Virus record (IMG/VR): IMGVR_UViG_3300020045_013036
Span: 1-59,808 of that record
Length of the DNA: 59,808 nt
Strand: one strand, 5' to 3'
DNA from: a virus
Taxonomy: Duplodnaviria > Caudoviricetes
The notes below the pieces were generated by a model. The model did no database searches and was not told the origin of the DNA. It worked only from the letters and a program-made list of their open reading frames with translations. Positions 1 through 10,726 of the stretch are shown here, piece after piece. The translations under genes and the position numbers were made by a program. Position 1 is the first letter of the stretch, and each line of letters opens with the position of its first letter.

Positions 1-121
1 ACACCCCGCTTGAGGTTGCTCAAGCCCAACAGGTTGAAGCTGCCGCCACCCCGCTACCGGTGATTGACACCGCCGCATTGGGCGCTGAGGTTGAGGCGGT
101 AACCGCCCCCCGCGTTGCTGC
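1..121. repeat. Terminal direct repeat (circular-assembly overlap), copy 1
   Basis: Bases 1-121 are identical to 59688-59808, and the giant ORF reads in frame across the junction. Confidence 0.95.
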
Positions 122-3100
122 CGCCAAGCAGGCACTGACCAAAGCGGGCTACCTGCCTGAAGTTGCACGCGATATGGTGACAACCAGCACCGCTGATTTG
201 CGCCGCCAACATGGTGAGATTGGTGCTGACCCCGCCCGCACCCAGATGGCTGAAGCCTTACTGGAACAACGCGGTGCGCCGGTTGCCCCGGAAGCCCGTG
301 CGGCCCGTGCTGATCTGGAGGCTGAAGTTCAGACACTAGCTAAAGCGGTTGGGCGCACACCAGCTTCACTGCGCCAACTCCTGCAAGGTGTCACCGAGCA
401 GCAAGCCCTGAACAACCTGAGCAACCCAACCTTGGCACAACAGCATCCGGTAATGCGGGCGCTGGGTGTGGTTCGTGGTTGGGATTTGGTTGAGCCGGGT
501 GTTGAGGAAATCACCGCCGCCGAGATTGAAGAACCGGTAATGGGTATTGATCAGGGGATGGTCAATGAGTTAAACGCCGAGCGCCTGCTCACCCGCAGCG
601 GTGCCATTGAGCTTTCCGATCGCTTGAATGATCTGGTTGTGGATAACGCCCCCGATGACGTGGTTGAGGCCATGATGAGTGTTTCTCGTTTCACACCGGG
701 TGAGGCTGAGGACAGCGCAATATTTGCTGAGGACAGTGCCGCGGTTCTGAAGTGGCTGCAATCTGAAGAAGGCGCGACTGTTGGTGGTTTGCGTTACGCC
801 GGGCAGTTGAATCGGGTACGTGACATTCTTGGCCTACGCTCGATTGGTAAAACCGAAAGCGCTTCGACCCCAGCCGATAACCAGCTTGAAGCAATGCTGC
901 GTGAAGCCAAGAACGCACCGGATGAGGTGGTTGATCGTGACGCCAAGATCGCCGAGTTGGAACGCATGGCCGGCGACATCACCATGACCCCGGTTCAGCG
1001 CCGCGGCTATCGCGCCCAAGCTGCCAACCTACGCACCGAGCGTGACGCTGAGGCTACCGCAAACACCCCGACCGCCAGCGGCACCCGCGCCGGTGTGCGC
1101 TCCGTTCAGCGTAACTTCGAGGCCCGCGCCCAAGCTGCCAAGCGCAGTGGTGTGCTGCAAAAGCTGGGTAAGTTCTGGCGCAATGTGATGGCTTCCCGAA
1201 ATGCCGGGCAGCGCACCCTGCCCAAGATTGACACCAGCGACCTGAAAGCCCCGATGCGTTCCGCGGTGACAACTGGCCGAGCCCTCCCCCAAGCGGCTTT
1301 GACCGAGATCAAGAATCGCTACAACGCCAAACTCCGCACGATGGCTGAGAAATGGGCCGCCACCAATGGTGCCAACATGGCCACATGGGTTGATCCGATC
1401 ATCAGCATTGAGCCGCAATACACAGGGCGATCCGCTGGTTTCAGTATGCGCCTGCACGGTCTCGGCCGCGGTGGCAATGAAAACCCCTACGCCATTCGAC
1501 CAACCCACCTCACCGCATCTTTCAGCGCTGACCACACCATTCACGCCTCAGCCCTGCAATCGGCACCGGGCGCCGCTGATTTGGCCTATCGCATTGCCGC
1601 TGAAGTTGGCGCTTTGCGTGGTGTCCCGTTCCCGTCAGATCAAACTTTGACCACGGTCAATCCGCTGCGCCGCCAACTGCAATCAATGTCGGCTGACACC
1701 CTGTTCGCCCCCGGCACTATCGACCCCCTCACATCGGGTGGGCGCCAAGGCCCCCAAGGTGTGCCGCCGGATGTGTGGCGCACCCTGACTGATGTTGAGA
1801 AGGTCGGCCTTAACGCCCTTCGTGCGGCCCACTCAATCACCGAAACCCGGGCGAACAGCGCCACCGGCGGTGAGTGGTTGGAGAATCTGGAGTTTGATCG
1901 TCAAGGTCGTATCGTGGCTGTCACCGATCCGAAGCCGATTGACAATCTGCGCACCGGCGTTCGCACCCCGTTCGGCTTTGCGCGCGGCACCGTGGTCACT
2001 GACCAAATGCTGAAGGATAAGATTGGTGAGACCAACCCGGCTACCGGCTACACTACCTTCGCACAGGAGTCCCGGGGTACGGGTGGTATTGGTGTCGATA
2101 CGGCCAAGCTGGGTATCCTGAACAACACCGTTCTGAATTTTATTGAGAACAACCCAGAAGCTGAGATTCCAGCATGGATGGGTACCGTTGCCCGAAGCAC
2201 TGGGCGCGCAATGGGTGGTTGGTTCTTCTCCGAAAACGAGGAAGCCGCTGCAACCGGGATCACCAAAACCGAAGCCGATCAACACTTGCGCGATGTGGTT
2301 GGCGACAAGGTGGCTCAGGTATTGCTTGACACTGGTCTCGTCCGCTTCGTGGAAACCCCGGCTGAACTAGCTGATCTCGGTGGTGTGCCACTGAGTTCGG
2401 TATCCGGCGCAGTGCAGGGTGCCACGCTGGATGACGGTTCAATCGTTTTGGTGGTGGGCAACCTGAGTGACAAGACAGCCGCCGCCGTGCTTCAGCATGA
2501 GGCCCTGCACGCCACACTGAAGGGCTTGGTGGGCGAGGGCACCTACACGCGCCTGATGGGCCGCCTTGATACCTTGCTGCAAGCTGGCGGGCAGGCTCAG
2601 TGGGTGAAGGATGCACGCGCCGCTGTTCCGGCCAACACCCCGGCCGAGAACGTCACGGAAGAGGTTGCAGCCTATGCGCTTGAGCAGTACCTGAAGAACC
2701 CGGAAAGCACCAATCCGATCGTCGCTTGGGCGCGTAACCTGATGTCGGCGATTCGCACCGCTATCATCCAGAGCAAGAGCTTGCCGGAAGCCCTCCGCGT
2801 GTGGGCTATCCAGAACATCCAACCCCAAGACTTCGCCCGCATGGCGATTGCCGGCTTGAAGAAGAGCGCTACGACCCAAGGCTCAATGCGGGAGAGCCGG
2901 CGCGACTTCGACGGTGAAATCGCAGCCCTGATGGAAGAGCACAAGGGCGCCACCCCCGAGCGCCGCGCCGAGATCAATCAGGAACTGAACAGCCTGAACA
3001 AGTTCCGCACCGCTGCGGCTGATATCAACTACGAGGAAAACACCAATGAGCCCGCAAACCTTCGAGGCGAAAATGCCCGAGTACCTGCTCAAGCTGAATA

Positions 3101-6100
3101 CGGCACAGCCCGGGAAGGCGCCGTTTCAATCGACGCAACCCACTTCAGCAACACCGAGCGAACCACCCTCAGCACATCGGCTTATGGACGAGGTGCAAAG
3201 GGTGAAGAAGCGGGCCGCCTAGCCACTCCGGAAAACGCAGACATTCGTGACCGCACCCACTTTTATGTGAATGAAGGGCAAGGCATCACCCCTGAACAGG
3301 GTGTCGGCAGCGTGGCGCACAATGTCAAGCTGAACAACATCTACGACATCAAGGCTGACAAGCTGGGCATCCGTGCGGCGGCCGGCGAGAACGTGAGCGC
3401 TATGGAACGCGCCGTGATTGCCGCCGGGTTCGATGGTTACTATGCCCCGCAAATCGCGAACAACCAAGGCGTCGCTGTGGTGATTGGCAAGCACAGCATC
3501 CCAGTTAGCGCCGGCCAAGGTGGCACCAATCTGGTTGCCCAGTTTGAAGGTGACACCTACGCCGCTAATCTGGCCAAGTCAAAGTTGCCGGGCGGGTCAA
3601 TGCTGGGTCGTGAGTGGTTGGCCAGCATCAAGGGTACCGAGTTCGACACCGCCAACGTGCGGGCTGAACTGGAGGTTCGCCAAGGCGAGCGCTTGTACCG
3701 TGACGATCTGCCGCGCTTCAACAAGTCGAGCAACGGGAACATGAAGTTCTCCATCGCACAGGAGGTCAATCAAACCGTGACCGCGGTTTCGGAATCACCG
3801 GCCCCGCGCGCTGAACTGAATGTGCTGGACAACCCCCACCGCGGCCCAGTTGAACGGGTGATGGAGATGGTGCGTGGCGTGCTGCAAGACAAGCATACGA
3901 CCTTGCGCCGCTTGCAGCAGTTGGCCGGCGTGACGGTGGATCAGATAAAGATGGACACCATGGGGGCGCTTGACCGCCTTGGTTCCAAGATGGCAACCAA
4001 GCAACGCTCACTGGTCATGGAGCCGCTGGCCGCCATGGAGAACATTCTGCAAGCTGGATACACCGGACCCAAGGCCGACGAAGAGGCTTATCACGACATC
4101 AACACCCTGTTGAAAATGCGCCATGTGCCCGAGTACAACGCTCGCATGGCCTTGATCAACCCGGCCAAGTATGACGCGAACGGTGAGCACCTGACGGGCC
4201 ATGACGCAGCCAACCCGGGTTCAGGTATCACCGATGAGGTTGCCTCCGCAGAGGTTGCCCGCCTTGAAGCTGGCCCCCACGCCAAGGTTCTCCTTGAAGC
4301 CGAAAAGACTTATCGCCAGATGATCCATGACCTTCAGGATTATGCTGTAGCTCAAGGGCTTGAGACCGCCGGCCTGATTGAAGCGTGGCGTGACCCTGAG
4401 ACCGGGTTCCCGAACTACACACCGTTCCATCGCGAACTTGATCTGGATGAGAACTTCGGTATTGGCACGACCAAGGGTGGGCAGGCATTCTCTCTGCGCA
4501 CCGGTATCACGCAGCGGGCCATGGGTTCGAAGGCTGAGGTCGTTGATCCGCTGGCCAGCACCCTGATTCTGGGTACCCGCATTGTTCGCCGCGGTGAGAA
4601 TGCAGCCGTCGCCCGCACGATGTTTGAGTTTGCCAAGGATGTCATCCCGAACTACCTGTCAAGCAACGGCGAGTTGAAGCCGATGTGGAGTGTAGATGTG
4701 GTGCCGCAAACCCGCGTGCTGAAGCGTGTCAATATCTACAAGACCCGTATGGCCAACGGCGAAATGTCACCTGAATTCTACAACCGGGAGCAGGCCCGCC
4801 TCTATGCTGACGCTCAGCAAACCATCTGGGTAAATCAAAACCCAGATGCTGATCCAACCACCAGTGGTATTCAGGTTGATCTGCTTGGCGCCGGTGAGCG
4901 GGTGTTCAGCCAACCAATCCCAGACACCATGAATCGCGACAACATCATGGTGATTCCGGTCAAAGGTGAAAACCACATCATCACCTTTGACGAGGGCTCC
5001 GCTGACGGGATGGCAATCTTGCGCGCCTTGAAGGGTAAGGATGGCCTCGGTGCCGGCGCCAAAGCTGCAAGCAAGTTGCTCACTCCGTTCCGCATGTTCT
5101 CCCGCTGGACGGTGGCAATGGCGACAGGGTACAACCCGATGTTCATGCCGTTCAACTCCATGCGTGACGTGTTTGGTTCGATGATCAACGCCAAGGATGG
5201 CGGGGTGCCGGGTTGGAGTTGGAAGGATAGTCGGCAAATTGCGTATCAGTTCCCAGCCGCTTTTGCTGGCATCAACGCGCGCCTGCATGAAGAGTTCCAA
5301 GCCCGCCATAGCAACACCGGCGCCGCCGCCGAAGCTGAGCCCGACTCATGGGGTTGGTGGATGGACCAAGCCGAGCGCGCTGGCGGCATGACAGGGGTTA
5401 TGGAACACATCGCTGAACCGGAAGAGGCCCGCACAATGCTGCGTCGCCTGTATGGTTCTGAGGTGGAGGCTCAAGCTCTTGGTCCAAACGAGGTCAAGGA
5501 TTGGTTGAGCCGGGGTCAAAACACCCTGCTTAAAATTGGTGACAAGTTCTATAAATTCGGTGAGGGTGAGACCAAGGGTGTTGGTGAGTGGGCTTCCAAG
5601 CAAATCGCCGCACGCATCAAGCGTTTCAACTCTGCATCTGAGGCTGCCACACGCACTATCGTGTTCAAGAAGGCAACCGAAAAGTACATGGAGCAGGGTC
5701 ACAGTCAAGCCGAGGCAATGCAACTGGCGGCCGTGGTGTCGAAGAACATCTCGACCAACTTCAACCGGCGCGGTAGTTTCTCGACCGCATTGAATCAACT
5801 GTTCCCGTTCTTTAATGCTGCGGTGCAAGGTTCCGCCCGACTGGCTGAGGCCCTGTTCGAAAAGGAAACCTACACCATCAACAAGGATGGCCACGTCGTC
5901 ACGGACCAGCGCACCCGCATCACCCCGTTCGGTAAAAACGTGCTCAAGGGCATGGCGTCAATCGGCGCGGCGCAGGCTGCCCTTCTGTTCGCTGGCGGGT
6001 TTGATGATGACGAGCCGCCGCAATCGGTGAAAGACCGCAACTTCATCGTGCCGCTGGGTGACAAAAAATACTTGATGATCCCCATGCCACACGGCTTCAA

Positions 6101-6977
6101 CACGCTGGTTAATTTCGGCCGTGAGATGACGCAAACTATGGGTGCTGCGGCAAGTGGCAATTTCAAGCAGGCCCGCAAACACTTCAACGCCGCAACGCTG
6201 GGTCAGATTTCAGCCTTCAACCCGTTCGGCGGGCAAGGCGGTCTGGGGCTTACCATCAGCCCGGCATTGAGCGACCCGGCAATCGCCCTGTACTTCAACG
6301 AGGATGCGTTTGGCCGCCCGATTGCCCGCGAAGACTTCAACCCGCGCAACCAGACCCCGGGCTTCACGCGCACCAAGGAGGGTGGCAGCACCAGTGGGCG
6401 GGCTGTGGCCCAACTTCTGAACAGCATCTCAGGTGGCAACGAGGATCAGCCGGGTGGTATCAGCCCAACAGGTGACCAGATTGACTACCTGCTTGGCGAA
6501 CTGGGTGGTGGCCTGACCCGTGAAGTGCTGAAGGCTGGTAAGGTTGGGTGGGCCGGCGTCGAGGACGTGACCAGCACACCGCGTGAAGAGTTGCCGGTCA
6601 GCAAGGTGCCGCTGATTGGCCGCCTCTACGGTGAAGCCAAGGGGGCGGTCGGCATTCGCACCCGGGCCTTCGAAGTCAGTGGGGAACTGAACCAACTGAA
6701 CAACCGCTACAAGGGTTTGATGGAGCGCGCCGCGGCTACACCGGATGCGGCTGAGAAGGAGGCACTGCGACAAAAGGCCCGGGAGTTCAAGGCTGACAAC
6801 CCTGAAATCTCTTTGGCTGATGACTTCAACCGCTTCTACACTTCGGACAGCAAGGCCAAGAAGCAACGTGCGCTGGCCCGGGGTAACAGTGAGGTGGGTA
6901 AGGTGAATCGCATCACTGAGTCCCAGACCGAGAAGGCGACCGAGTTGCTTGAAAAGTACGACCTGTTGGCTGATTAA
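1..6977 (+). CDS. Giant polyvalent/internal virion protein, 3' part (true start 58250; ~2804 aa total); zincin-like HEALH motif, ART-like segment, C-terminal LPD38-like domain
   Basis: ORF 60..6977 is in frame with the ORF opening at ATG 58250. Motifs: VLQHEALH...EEVAAY, AAGFDGYY, KDRNFIVPLGDKKYLMIPMPHGF. It is the last gene of the ejection-protein cluster. Confidence 0.75.
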   Translation, partial: TPLEVAQAQQVEAAATPLPVIDTAALGAEVEAVTAPRVAAAKQALTKAGYLPEVARDMVTTSTADLRRQHGEIGADPARTQMAEALLEQRGAPVAPEARAARADLEAEVQTLAKAVGRTPASLRQLLQGVTEQQALNNLSNPTLAQQHPVMRALGVVRGWDLVEPGVEEITAAEIEEPVMGIDQGMVNELNAERLLTRSGAIELSDRLNDLVVDNAPDDVVEAMMSVSRFTPGEAEDSAIFAEDSAAVLKWLQSEEGATVGGLRYAGQLNRVRDILGLRSIGKTESASTPADNQLEAMLREAKNAPDEVVDRDAKIAELERMAGDITMTPVQRRGYRAQAANLRTERDAEATANTPTASGTRAGVRSVQRNFEARAQAAKRSGVLQKLGKFWRNVMASRNAGQRTLPKIDTSDLKAPMRSAVTTGRALPQAALTEIKNRYNAKLRTMAEKWAATNGANMATWVDPIISIEPQYTGRSAGFSMRLHGLGRGGNENPYAIRPTHLTASFSADHTIHASALQSAPGAADLAYRIAAEVGALRGVPFPSDQTLTTVNPLRRQLQSMSADTLFAPGTIDPLTSGGRQGPQGVPPDVWRTLTDVEKVGLNALRAAHSITETRANSATGGEWLENLEFDRQGRIVAVTDPKPIDNLRTGVRTPFGFARGTVVTDQMLKDKIGETNPATGYTTFAQESRGTGGIGVDTAKLGILNNTVLNFIENNPEAEIPAWMGTVARSTGRAMGGWFFSENEEAAATGITKTEADQHLRDVVGDKVAQVLLDTGLVRFVETPAELADLGGVPLSSVSGAVQGATLDDGSIVLVVGNLSDKTAAAVLQHEALHATLKGLVGEGTYTRLMGRLDTLLQAGGQAQWVKDARAAVPANTPAENVTEEVAAYALEQYLKNPESTNPIVAWARNLMSAIRTAIIQSKSLPEALRVWAIQNIQPQDFARMAIAGLKKSATTQGSMRESRRDFDGEIAALMEEHKGATPERRAEINQELNSLNKFRTAAADINYEENTNEPANLRGENARVPAQAEYGTAREGAVSIDATHFSNTERTTLSTSAYGRGAKGEEAGRLATPENADIRDRTHFYVNEGQGITPEQGVGSVAHNVKLNNIYDIKADKLGIRAAAGENVSAMERAVIAAGFDGYYAPQIANNQGVAVVIGKHSIPVSAGQGGTNLVAQFEGDTYAANLAKSKLPGGSMLGREWLASIKGTEFDTANVRAELEVRQGERLYRDDLPRFNKSSNGNMKFSIAQEVNQTVTAVSESPAPRAELNVLDNPHRGPVERVMEMVRGVLQDKHTTLRRLQQLAGVTVDQIKMDTMGALDRLGSKMATKQRSLVMEPLAAMENILQAGYTGPKADEEAYHDINTLLKMRHVPEYNARMALINPAKYDANGEHLTGHDAANPGSGITDEVASAEVARLEAGPHAKVLLEAEKTYRQMIHDLQDYAVAQGLETAGLIEAWRDPETGFPNYTPFHRELDLDENFGIGTTKGGQAFSLRTGITQRAMGSKAEVVDPLASTLILGTRIVRRGENAAVARTMFEFAKDVIPNYLSSNGELKPMWSVDVVPQTRVLKRVNIYKTRMANGEMSPEFYNREQARLYADAQQTIWVNQNPDADPTTSGIQVDLLGAGERVFSQPIPDTMNRDNIMVIPVKGENHIITFDEGSADGMAILRALKGKDGLGAGAKAASKLLTPFRMFSRWTVAMATGYNPMFMPFNSMRDVFGSMINAKDGGVPGWSWKDSRQIAYQFPAAFAGINARLHEEFQARHSNTGAAAEAEPDSWGWWMDQAERAGGMTGVMEHIAEPEEARTMLRRLYGSEVEAQALGPNEVKDWLSRGQNTLLKIGDKFYKFGEGETKGVGEWASKQIAARIKRFNSASEAATRTIVFKKATEKYMEQGHSQAEAMQLAAVVSKNISTNFNRRGSFSTALNQLFPFFNAAVQGSARLAEALFEKETYTINKDGHVVTDQRTRITPFGKNVLKGMASIGAAQAALLFAGGFDDDEPPQSVKDRNFIVPLGDKKYLMIPMPHGFNTLVNFGREMTQTMGAAASGNFKQARKHFNAATLGQISAFNPFGGQGGLGLTISPALSDPAIALYFNEDAFGRPIAREDFNPRNQTPGFTRTKEGGSTSGRAVAQLLNSISGGNEDQPGGISPTGDQIDYLLGELGGGLTREVLKAGKVGWAGVEDVTSTPREELPVSKVPLIGRLYGEAKGAVGIRTRAFEVSGELNQLNNRYKGLMERAAATPDAAEKEALRQKAREFKADNPEISLADDFNRFYTSDSKAKKQRALARGNSEVGKVNRITESQTEKATELLEKYDLLAD

Positions 6978-6984
6978 TAGGGGG

Positions 6985-7050
6985 TCGGCGCCCCGCTGTT
7001 TCCCGCAGCCCTAGACTCCTTTAAAATGGAATGGTCGGATGGGGCGCCGA
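6985..7050. terminator. Inverted repeat at the convergence of the two arms; possible bidirectional terminator
   Basis: TCGGCGCCCC (6985-6994) pairs with GGGGCGCCGA (7041-7050), enclosing two small hairpins, between convergent stop codons. No clear U-tract. Confidence 0.4.
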
Positions 7051-7056
7051 TTGATC

Positions 7057-7323
7057 TTAGGTGACCTTGTTCGTCACCAGTGAATAAAGGTCTCGCACAA
7101 TTTCAGCCCGGGAAATCCCGGTTTGCTGGGCAATCCCGGTCACGATTTCAGCAAGGCACTCAAGGGTGAATGCTGGGGAACCGGCACTCACCACTTTGCC
7201 TTCGAGATCGTCGCCAACCTGCTTGAAGCTGGCGTGGAATCGGTTGCTCACTTTGATACCACCCAAACGTAGGCGACAACCCCAATCACCAGTGCAACAG
7301 CCACCAGCCCAAGGGCGATCCAT
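7057..7323 (-). CDS. Hypothetical protein (true start probably nearer 7251)
   Basis: ORF track; last gene of the minus arm. Confidence 0.5.
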   Translation of the reverse strand: MDRPWAGGCCTGDWGCRLRLGGIKVSNRFHASFKQVGDDLEGKVVSAGSPAFTLECLAEIVTGIAQQTGISRAEIVRDLYSLVTNKVT

Positions 7324-7439
7324 GGTGATGGCAAGGGTGAGTTATCCTGCACGAACGGCACGGCTGGGTTGGGGTCCGTGCGGGCGAAGCGCTGCGGATC
7401 GCGCAGGTGCTTCGGCAATTCCGATCCAAACTTGGTCAT
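7248..7439 (-). CDS. Small membrane protein with C-terminal TM helix
   Basis: Hydrophobic WIALGLVAVALVIGVVAYVWV; AGGAG SD; downstream of the promoter at 7470-7499. Confidence 0.6.
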   Translation of the reverse strand: MTKFGSELPKHLRDPQRFARTDPNPAVPFVQDNSPLPSPWIALGLVAVALVIGVVAYVWVVSK

Positions 7440-7469
7440 GGTTTTCTCCTGTTTCATAACTCAGGGTGA

Positions 7470-7508
7470 ATGATACCACCCGCCCTGATTGTTTGTCAAG
7501 CGGTAACG
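7470..7508 (-). promoter_or_regulatory. sigma70-like promoter plus operator
   Basis: TTGACA-18-TATCAT; TGTCAAGCGGTAACG at 7494-7508. Confidence 0.6.
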
Positions 7509-7657
7509 AACTCAACCTCTTGTGAGGGGGCGGCTGTGATCACTCGATACTTGCCGCGGTAGAGGTCAATATACCCCTTGTAGGTACTCTCGCGCACCTC
7601 AAAGACGCGGCGCTCGCGATCCCCGGGTAAGCGAACCTTGTCGCCAAGGTTGGCCAT
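7496..7657 (-). CDS. Hypothetical protein (53 aa)
   Basis: MANLGDKVRLPGDRERRVFEV..., directly downstream of the DNA polymerase. Confidence 0.55.
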   Translation of the reverse strand: MANLGDKVRLPGDRERRVFEVRESTYKGYIDLYRGKYRVITAAPSQEVEFVTA

Positions 7658-7676
7658 GTGGAGGCGTTTCTTCGGT

Positions 7677-9647
7677 TCATTGCTTGGGAACATACGGGAC
7701 ACCCATATTATGTAAGTTGGAAATTGTTTCGGAGATATAGCGCTGCACGTCGATATCATTCGGCAGTTCGCTGGGTAATTTCATCATGGCGCAGCCGCCC
7801 TCACTCTTCGGCACCAGACTACCAGCCTTGCAGGTGCGAATGCCTTCGCTGTACTTGGGGTTGGTGCTGTAGTACCAGCGAGCCACACGCCCCAGCTTGA
7901 CACCACCAGCGCGAACCTCAGCCTCAATGCAGCGGCGCCCGGTCATCAGCTCGGTACCTTCCCAGTCATCACCCATCTCCCACTTCTTGCCGTTGAACTT
8001 ATAGCCGTGTGCCGTCAGGTAGGCGGGCATGTCGGCCGGCTTTTCAACCGCGGTGCATTGCATAGCCCCACCATTCACCGTGCGGGCTTGCAGGAAGTTG
8101 GGCAGGTTCTCCAGCGACAGGTGGGCACGAACGAACTCATGCACCGGCGTGTCGTGTGCCAGATAGGCTTGGGCCGCCAAGGTGCAGACCTCGTTGGTGG
8201 GGTTCTTTTGTAGGCCCGATTCAGCATAGAGCCCTTTGCATTTGATCTTACCCTCCGTGGTTATGCCGATGTAATTGTTTACGTCCTTGTAGGCGATCTT
8301 CCTGAAATGGGCATACTCGAATTCGAAGTTGGTGGTCCAGCCATACACCTCAATCAGCGCTTTGGCTTTCACGATCAAAGCTGGCGGGCCACCAAAGGTA
8401 ACGCCGTCGGTGTTGGCCGAGATCACCGTGACCCCCATTTGATCCAGCTCATAAATCAGGCTGAGCAAATAGAATTGCCCGGTCAAGGTGGTGGCGATCA
8501 TCAGGTCCGGAGCATACAGCTTGGAGAACATGGAACCGAACTTGCCATAGCTTCCGTTCAGAACAATCTTGAACGTGTCGGCGACCACCTTGTTACCGCT
8601 GTGCTTGGCGGCCAAGCGCTCTTTGATAATGCCGCGATACAGGGGTAGAAAGCCGGCACCAAGGTTGCGTGGCGACAAGCCAGCATTGCTGATGATGGTC
8701 GGGTACTGGGAGCCGATATCGGCATCCACGATTTCGAAGTCGGGGGTGGCTTCCCAGAACACGCAACGGTCATGCTGCGAGTGCAGGCCGCCAATACCCA
8801 TTTGGTAAATTCCCTTGCCGATCAACACCGGTTCGTCGGATAGGAAGTCAGGCAGCATGACCGACCCGTTGCCCGGGTGAATCTTGAACTGGTGCCGCTC
8901 CACCCGGCCAAGGATGTCGAGCAGGATGGGGCTGCGCGGCCGGATGAACGGGGGTGCCTTGTAGGTGACGGTCTTCGGTACTTCGGCCTTGGCTGATCGG
9001 CCAATCCCTAGTTCCTTGGTGATGATTGCCTCAGCCATCTGAGCATCTGACTTACTGCACAGGTCAATGCCGTAGCGCTCGCTTACCTGCACCCGCAAGT
9101 CGATCTGCTTCTTCACCCTGTTGTAGAGGCGCTCGGTTTCGTCAAGGTCGTTGTCGCAGTAGTCGGCCAAGATGTCAGCCTGCCAATCCTCCAACCAGTC
9201 TTCGTGGTGGAATGGCATATCGACCAGCGAAGGCGAACCCATGCGGGCGCCGTACAGTTTCAGGCTGACCATCACGCCCGGGGCAACCTCAATCAAGTCA
9301 AGGTGATCAATCAGGCTACCGTCGGCCGTGATGATGCGCTCGATAGCATAGTCCCGATAAGTCATCCACTCAGGCTTGTTGTTGGTAATGATGTCGTTGG
9401 CCATCCCCTTCAACTCGCGCACACTGGCACCGCTGGCCGCCGCCACAGCCAATGGCATGTCGAACTTGATCCCGTTGAAACTGACCCACTGAAGGGCCGG
9501 GTTGCGCAGCAGGAGGCCAAGGCGCTCCATGTCGTCAGGGTTGTGGCCCCAAAGGCGCATACGCTTGCCGTCGCTCAGCCGCTTGGCTGCGAACAGGTAG
9601 TGGGACGGGACAATTTCGCTGTCCAGAACGATTACTTCTTTTGACAT
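7677..9647 (-). CDS. DNA polymerase, family B, with N-terminal 3'-5' exonuclease
   Basis: Exo motifs LDSE, FNGIKFD, YCDND. PolB motifs DIGSQYP, KIVLNGSYGKFG, SANTDGV. Confidence 0.9.
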   Translation of the reverse strand: MSKEVIVLDSEIVPSHYLFAAKRLSDGKRMRLWGHNPDDMERLGLLLRNPALQWVSFNGIKFDMPLAVAAASGASVRELKGMANDIITNNKPEWMTYRDYAIERIITADGSLIDHLDLIEVAPGVMVSLKLYGARMGSPSLVDMPFHHEDWLEDWQADILADYCDNDLDETERLYNRVKKQIDLRVQVSERYGIDLCSKSDAQMAEAIITKELGIGRSAKAEVPKTVTYKAPPFIRPRSPILLDILGRVERHQFKIHPGNGSVMLPDFLSDEPVLIGKGIYQMGIGGLHSQHDRCVFWEATPDFEIVDADIGSQYPTIISNAGLSPRNLGAGFLPLYRGIIKERLAAKHSGNKVVADTFKIVLNGSYGKFGSMFSKLYAPDLMIATTLTGQFYLLSLIYELDQMGVTVISANTDGVTFGGPPALIVKAKALIEVYGWTTNFEFEYAHFRKIAYKDVNNYIGITTEGKIKCKGLYAESGLQKNPTNEVCTLAAQAYLAHDTPVHEFVRAHLSLENLPNFLQARTVNGGAMQCTAVEKPADMPAYLTAHGYKFNGKKWEMGDDWEGTELMTGRRCIEAEVRAGGVKLGRVARWYYSTNPKYSEGIRTCKAGSLVPKSEGGCAMMKLPSELPNDIDVQRYISETISNLHNMGVPYVPKQ

Positions 9648-9949
9648 TGGAGTTGTCCGAGTAGTAGGGTGAGCACGGGGGCGGCTTTGGGTTGTTTGAG
9701 TTCGCAACCATCAATCACAACCCGCTGGTGCAGGTCGATCAGCAGTTGGCCTTGGCGCCAATAGGGTACCGAGTTGCCGGCGATGATCGAATAGAGAACC
9801 TGCCGGGTCATGTCACAGCGCTCGGCAATCTGCTTCTTCGGAATGGATTTTTGACATAGGCGCCCGATCAGTGCTGCCCAGTTTGGCTCAGTAATATGGG
9901 CCATCACCGGTGCGTCACTGGTCTTGCGTTCGTAGGTTACTCGTCCCAT
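9632..9949 (-). CDS. Putative HTH (Cro/XRE-like) DNA-binding protein
   Basis: KKQIAERCDMTRQVLYSIIAGNSVP resembles a Cro/XRE helix-turn-helix. Confidence 0.55.
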   Translation of the reverse strand: MGRVTYERKTSDAPVMAHITEPNWAALIGRLCQKSIPKKQIAERCDMTRQVLYSIIAGNSVPYWRQGQLLIDLHQRVVIDGCELKQPKAAPVLTLLLGQLQCQKK

Positions 9950-10161
9950 GTTGGTCTCTTATATGTGGGTTCAACCTTGGCGCCGGAAAGCTCGAAGCTA
10001 TCCCACGCCACCGCATTTGTCTCATCGGTGTAGCCGGATGCGGGCAACAGGTCAAAGACGGCTGAGATGAAGAGCTTGGCTTGAACTATCTGGCGGTCTG
10101 TCATCTCGCCTATGTTTAGCTTCGCGTAGGCATCCCGCAACTGCTGGTCACTGAGGTTCAT
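9937..10161 (-). CDS. Hypothetical protein
   Basis: MNLSDQQLRDAY...; fills the gap between neighbouring genes. Confidence 0.5.
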   Translation of the reverse strand: MNLSDQQLRDAYAKLNIGEMTDRQIVQAKLFISAVFDLLPASGYTDETNAVAWDSFELSGAKVEPTYKRPTWDE

Positions 10162-10726
10162 TGAGTAGGTCTCGCAGGTATTCAGGGTGCGCAACTTGCG
10201 CCATGATCTCGGTGATGAACACACCCCACCACTTGAGCCGGTGACCCCGGCGCTGGGCGATGATGTTCCGCAGCACCCCATAGTTGAGGGTCACCATGCG
10301 GCGTTGAAGGAAGCCTTCAGGGAGGTTCAGCTTCAGCGTATTGATGTCACCCTTGGCCCGCAGGTGAAGGTGACAGAACTCACTGATCACGCTGGCATCC
10401 GTACCCACCTCGAAGTCATCAAACCGCGGCGCCCGCTTGGCCAAGGTGTGCATGGTGCTTTCTGAGTTGGCCACCACACCCACCTTGTAGGTGTCGAACT
10501 CAGACCAGAAGGTACGGCACGCCTCAATGTCGATCCACAGGGCGATCTGGCGCAGGAACTTGTTGTGCCCGGCATCCAGTGGGGCCAGCAAGGGGGCGCG
10601 CTTGAGGGCACGCTCACGCTGGGGTGACCACCACTCCGCTGGATCAACGGCGCGGTCCTTGTAGCTGTACGCCATGCCGCGCAGGGCGAGATCATGGCCA
10701 GCTTCGAGCAGGATATTTACTTTCAC
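10148..10726 (-). CDS. ThyX-like (flavin-dependent thymidylate synthase fold) protein, divergent
   Basis: H.KFLR, WSEFDTYKVG..NSESTMH, LPEGFLQRRMVTLNY..LRNIIAQRRGHRLKWW. The canonical RHR motif is absent. Confidence 0.6.
   Translation of the reverse strand: MKVNILLEAGHDLALRGMAYSYKDRAVDPAEWWSPQRERALKRAPLLAPLDAGHNKFLRQIALWIDIEACRTFWSEFDTYKVGVVANSESTMHTLAKRAPRFDDFEVGTDASVISEFCHLHLRAKGDINTLKLNLPEGFLQRRMVTLNYGVLRNIIAQRRGHRLKWWGVFITEIMAQVAHPEYLRDLLNEPQ

Noticed and set aside
1-121. 121-bp terminal repeat as a biological DTR
   Set aside because: It falls mid-gene with the frame continuous across the junction, typical of a k-mer overlap from circular assembly.
329-6866. Many antisense and overlapping ORFs in the six-frame track (also opposite the pol, primase, portal and tail genes)
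   Set aside because: Shadow ORFs expected at this high GC; no SD or recognisable motifs.
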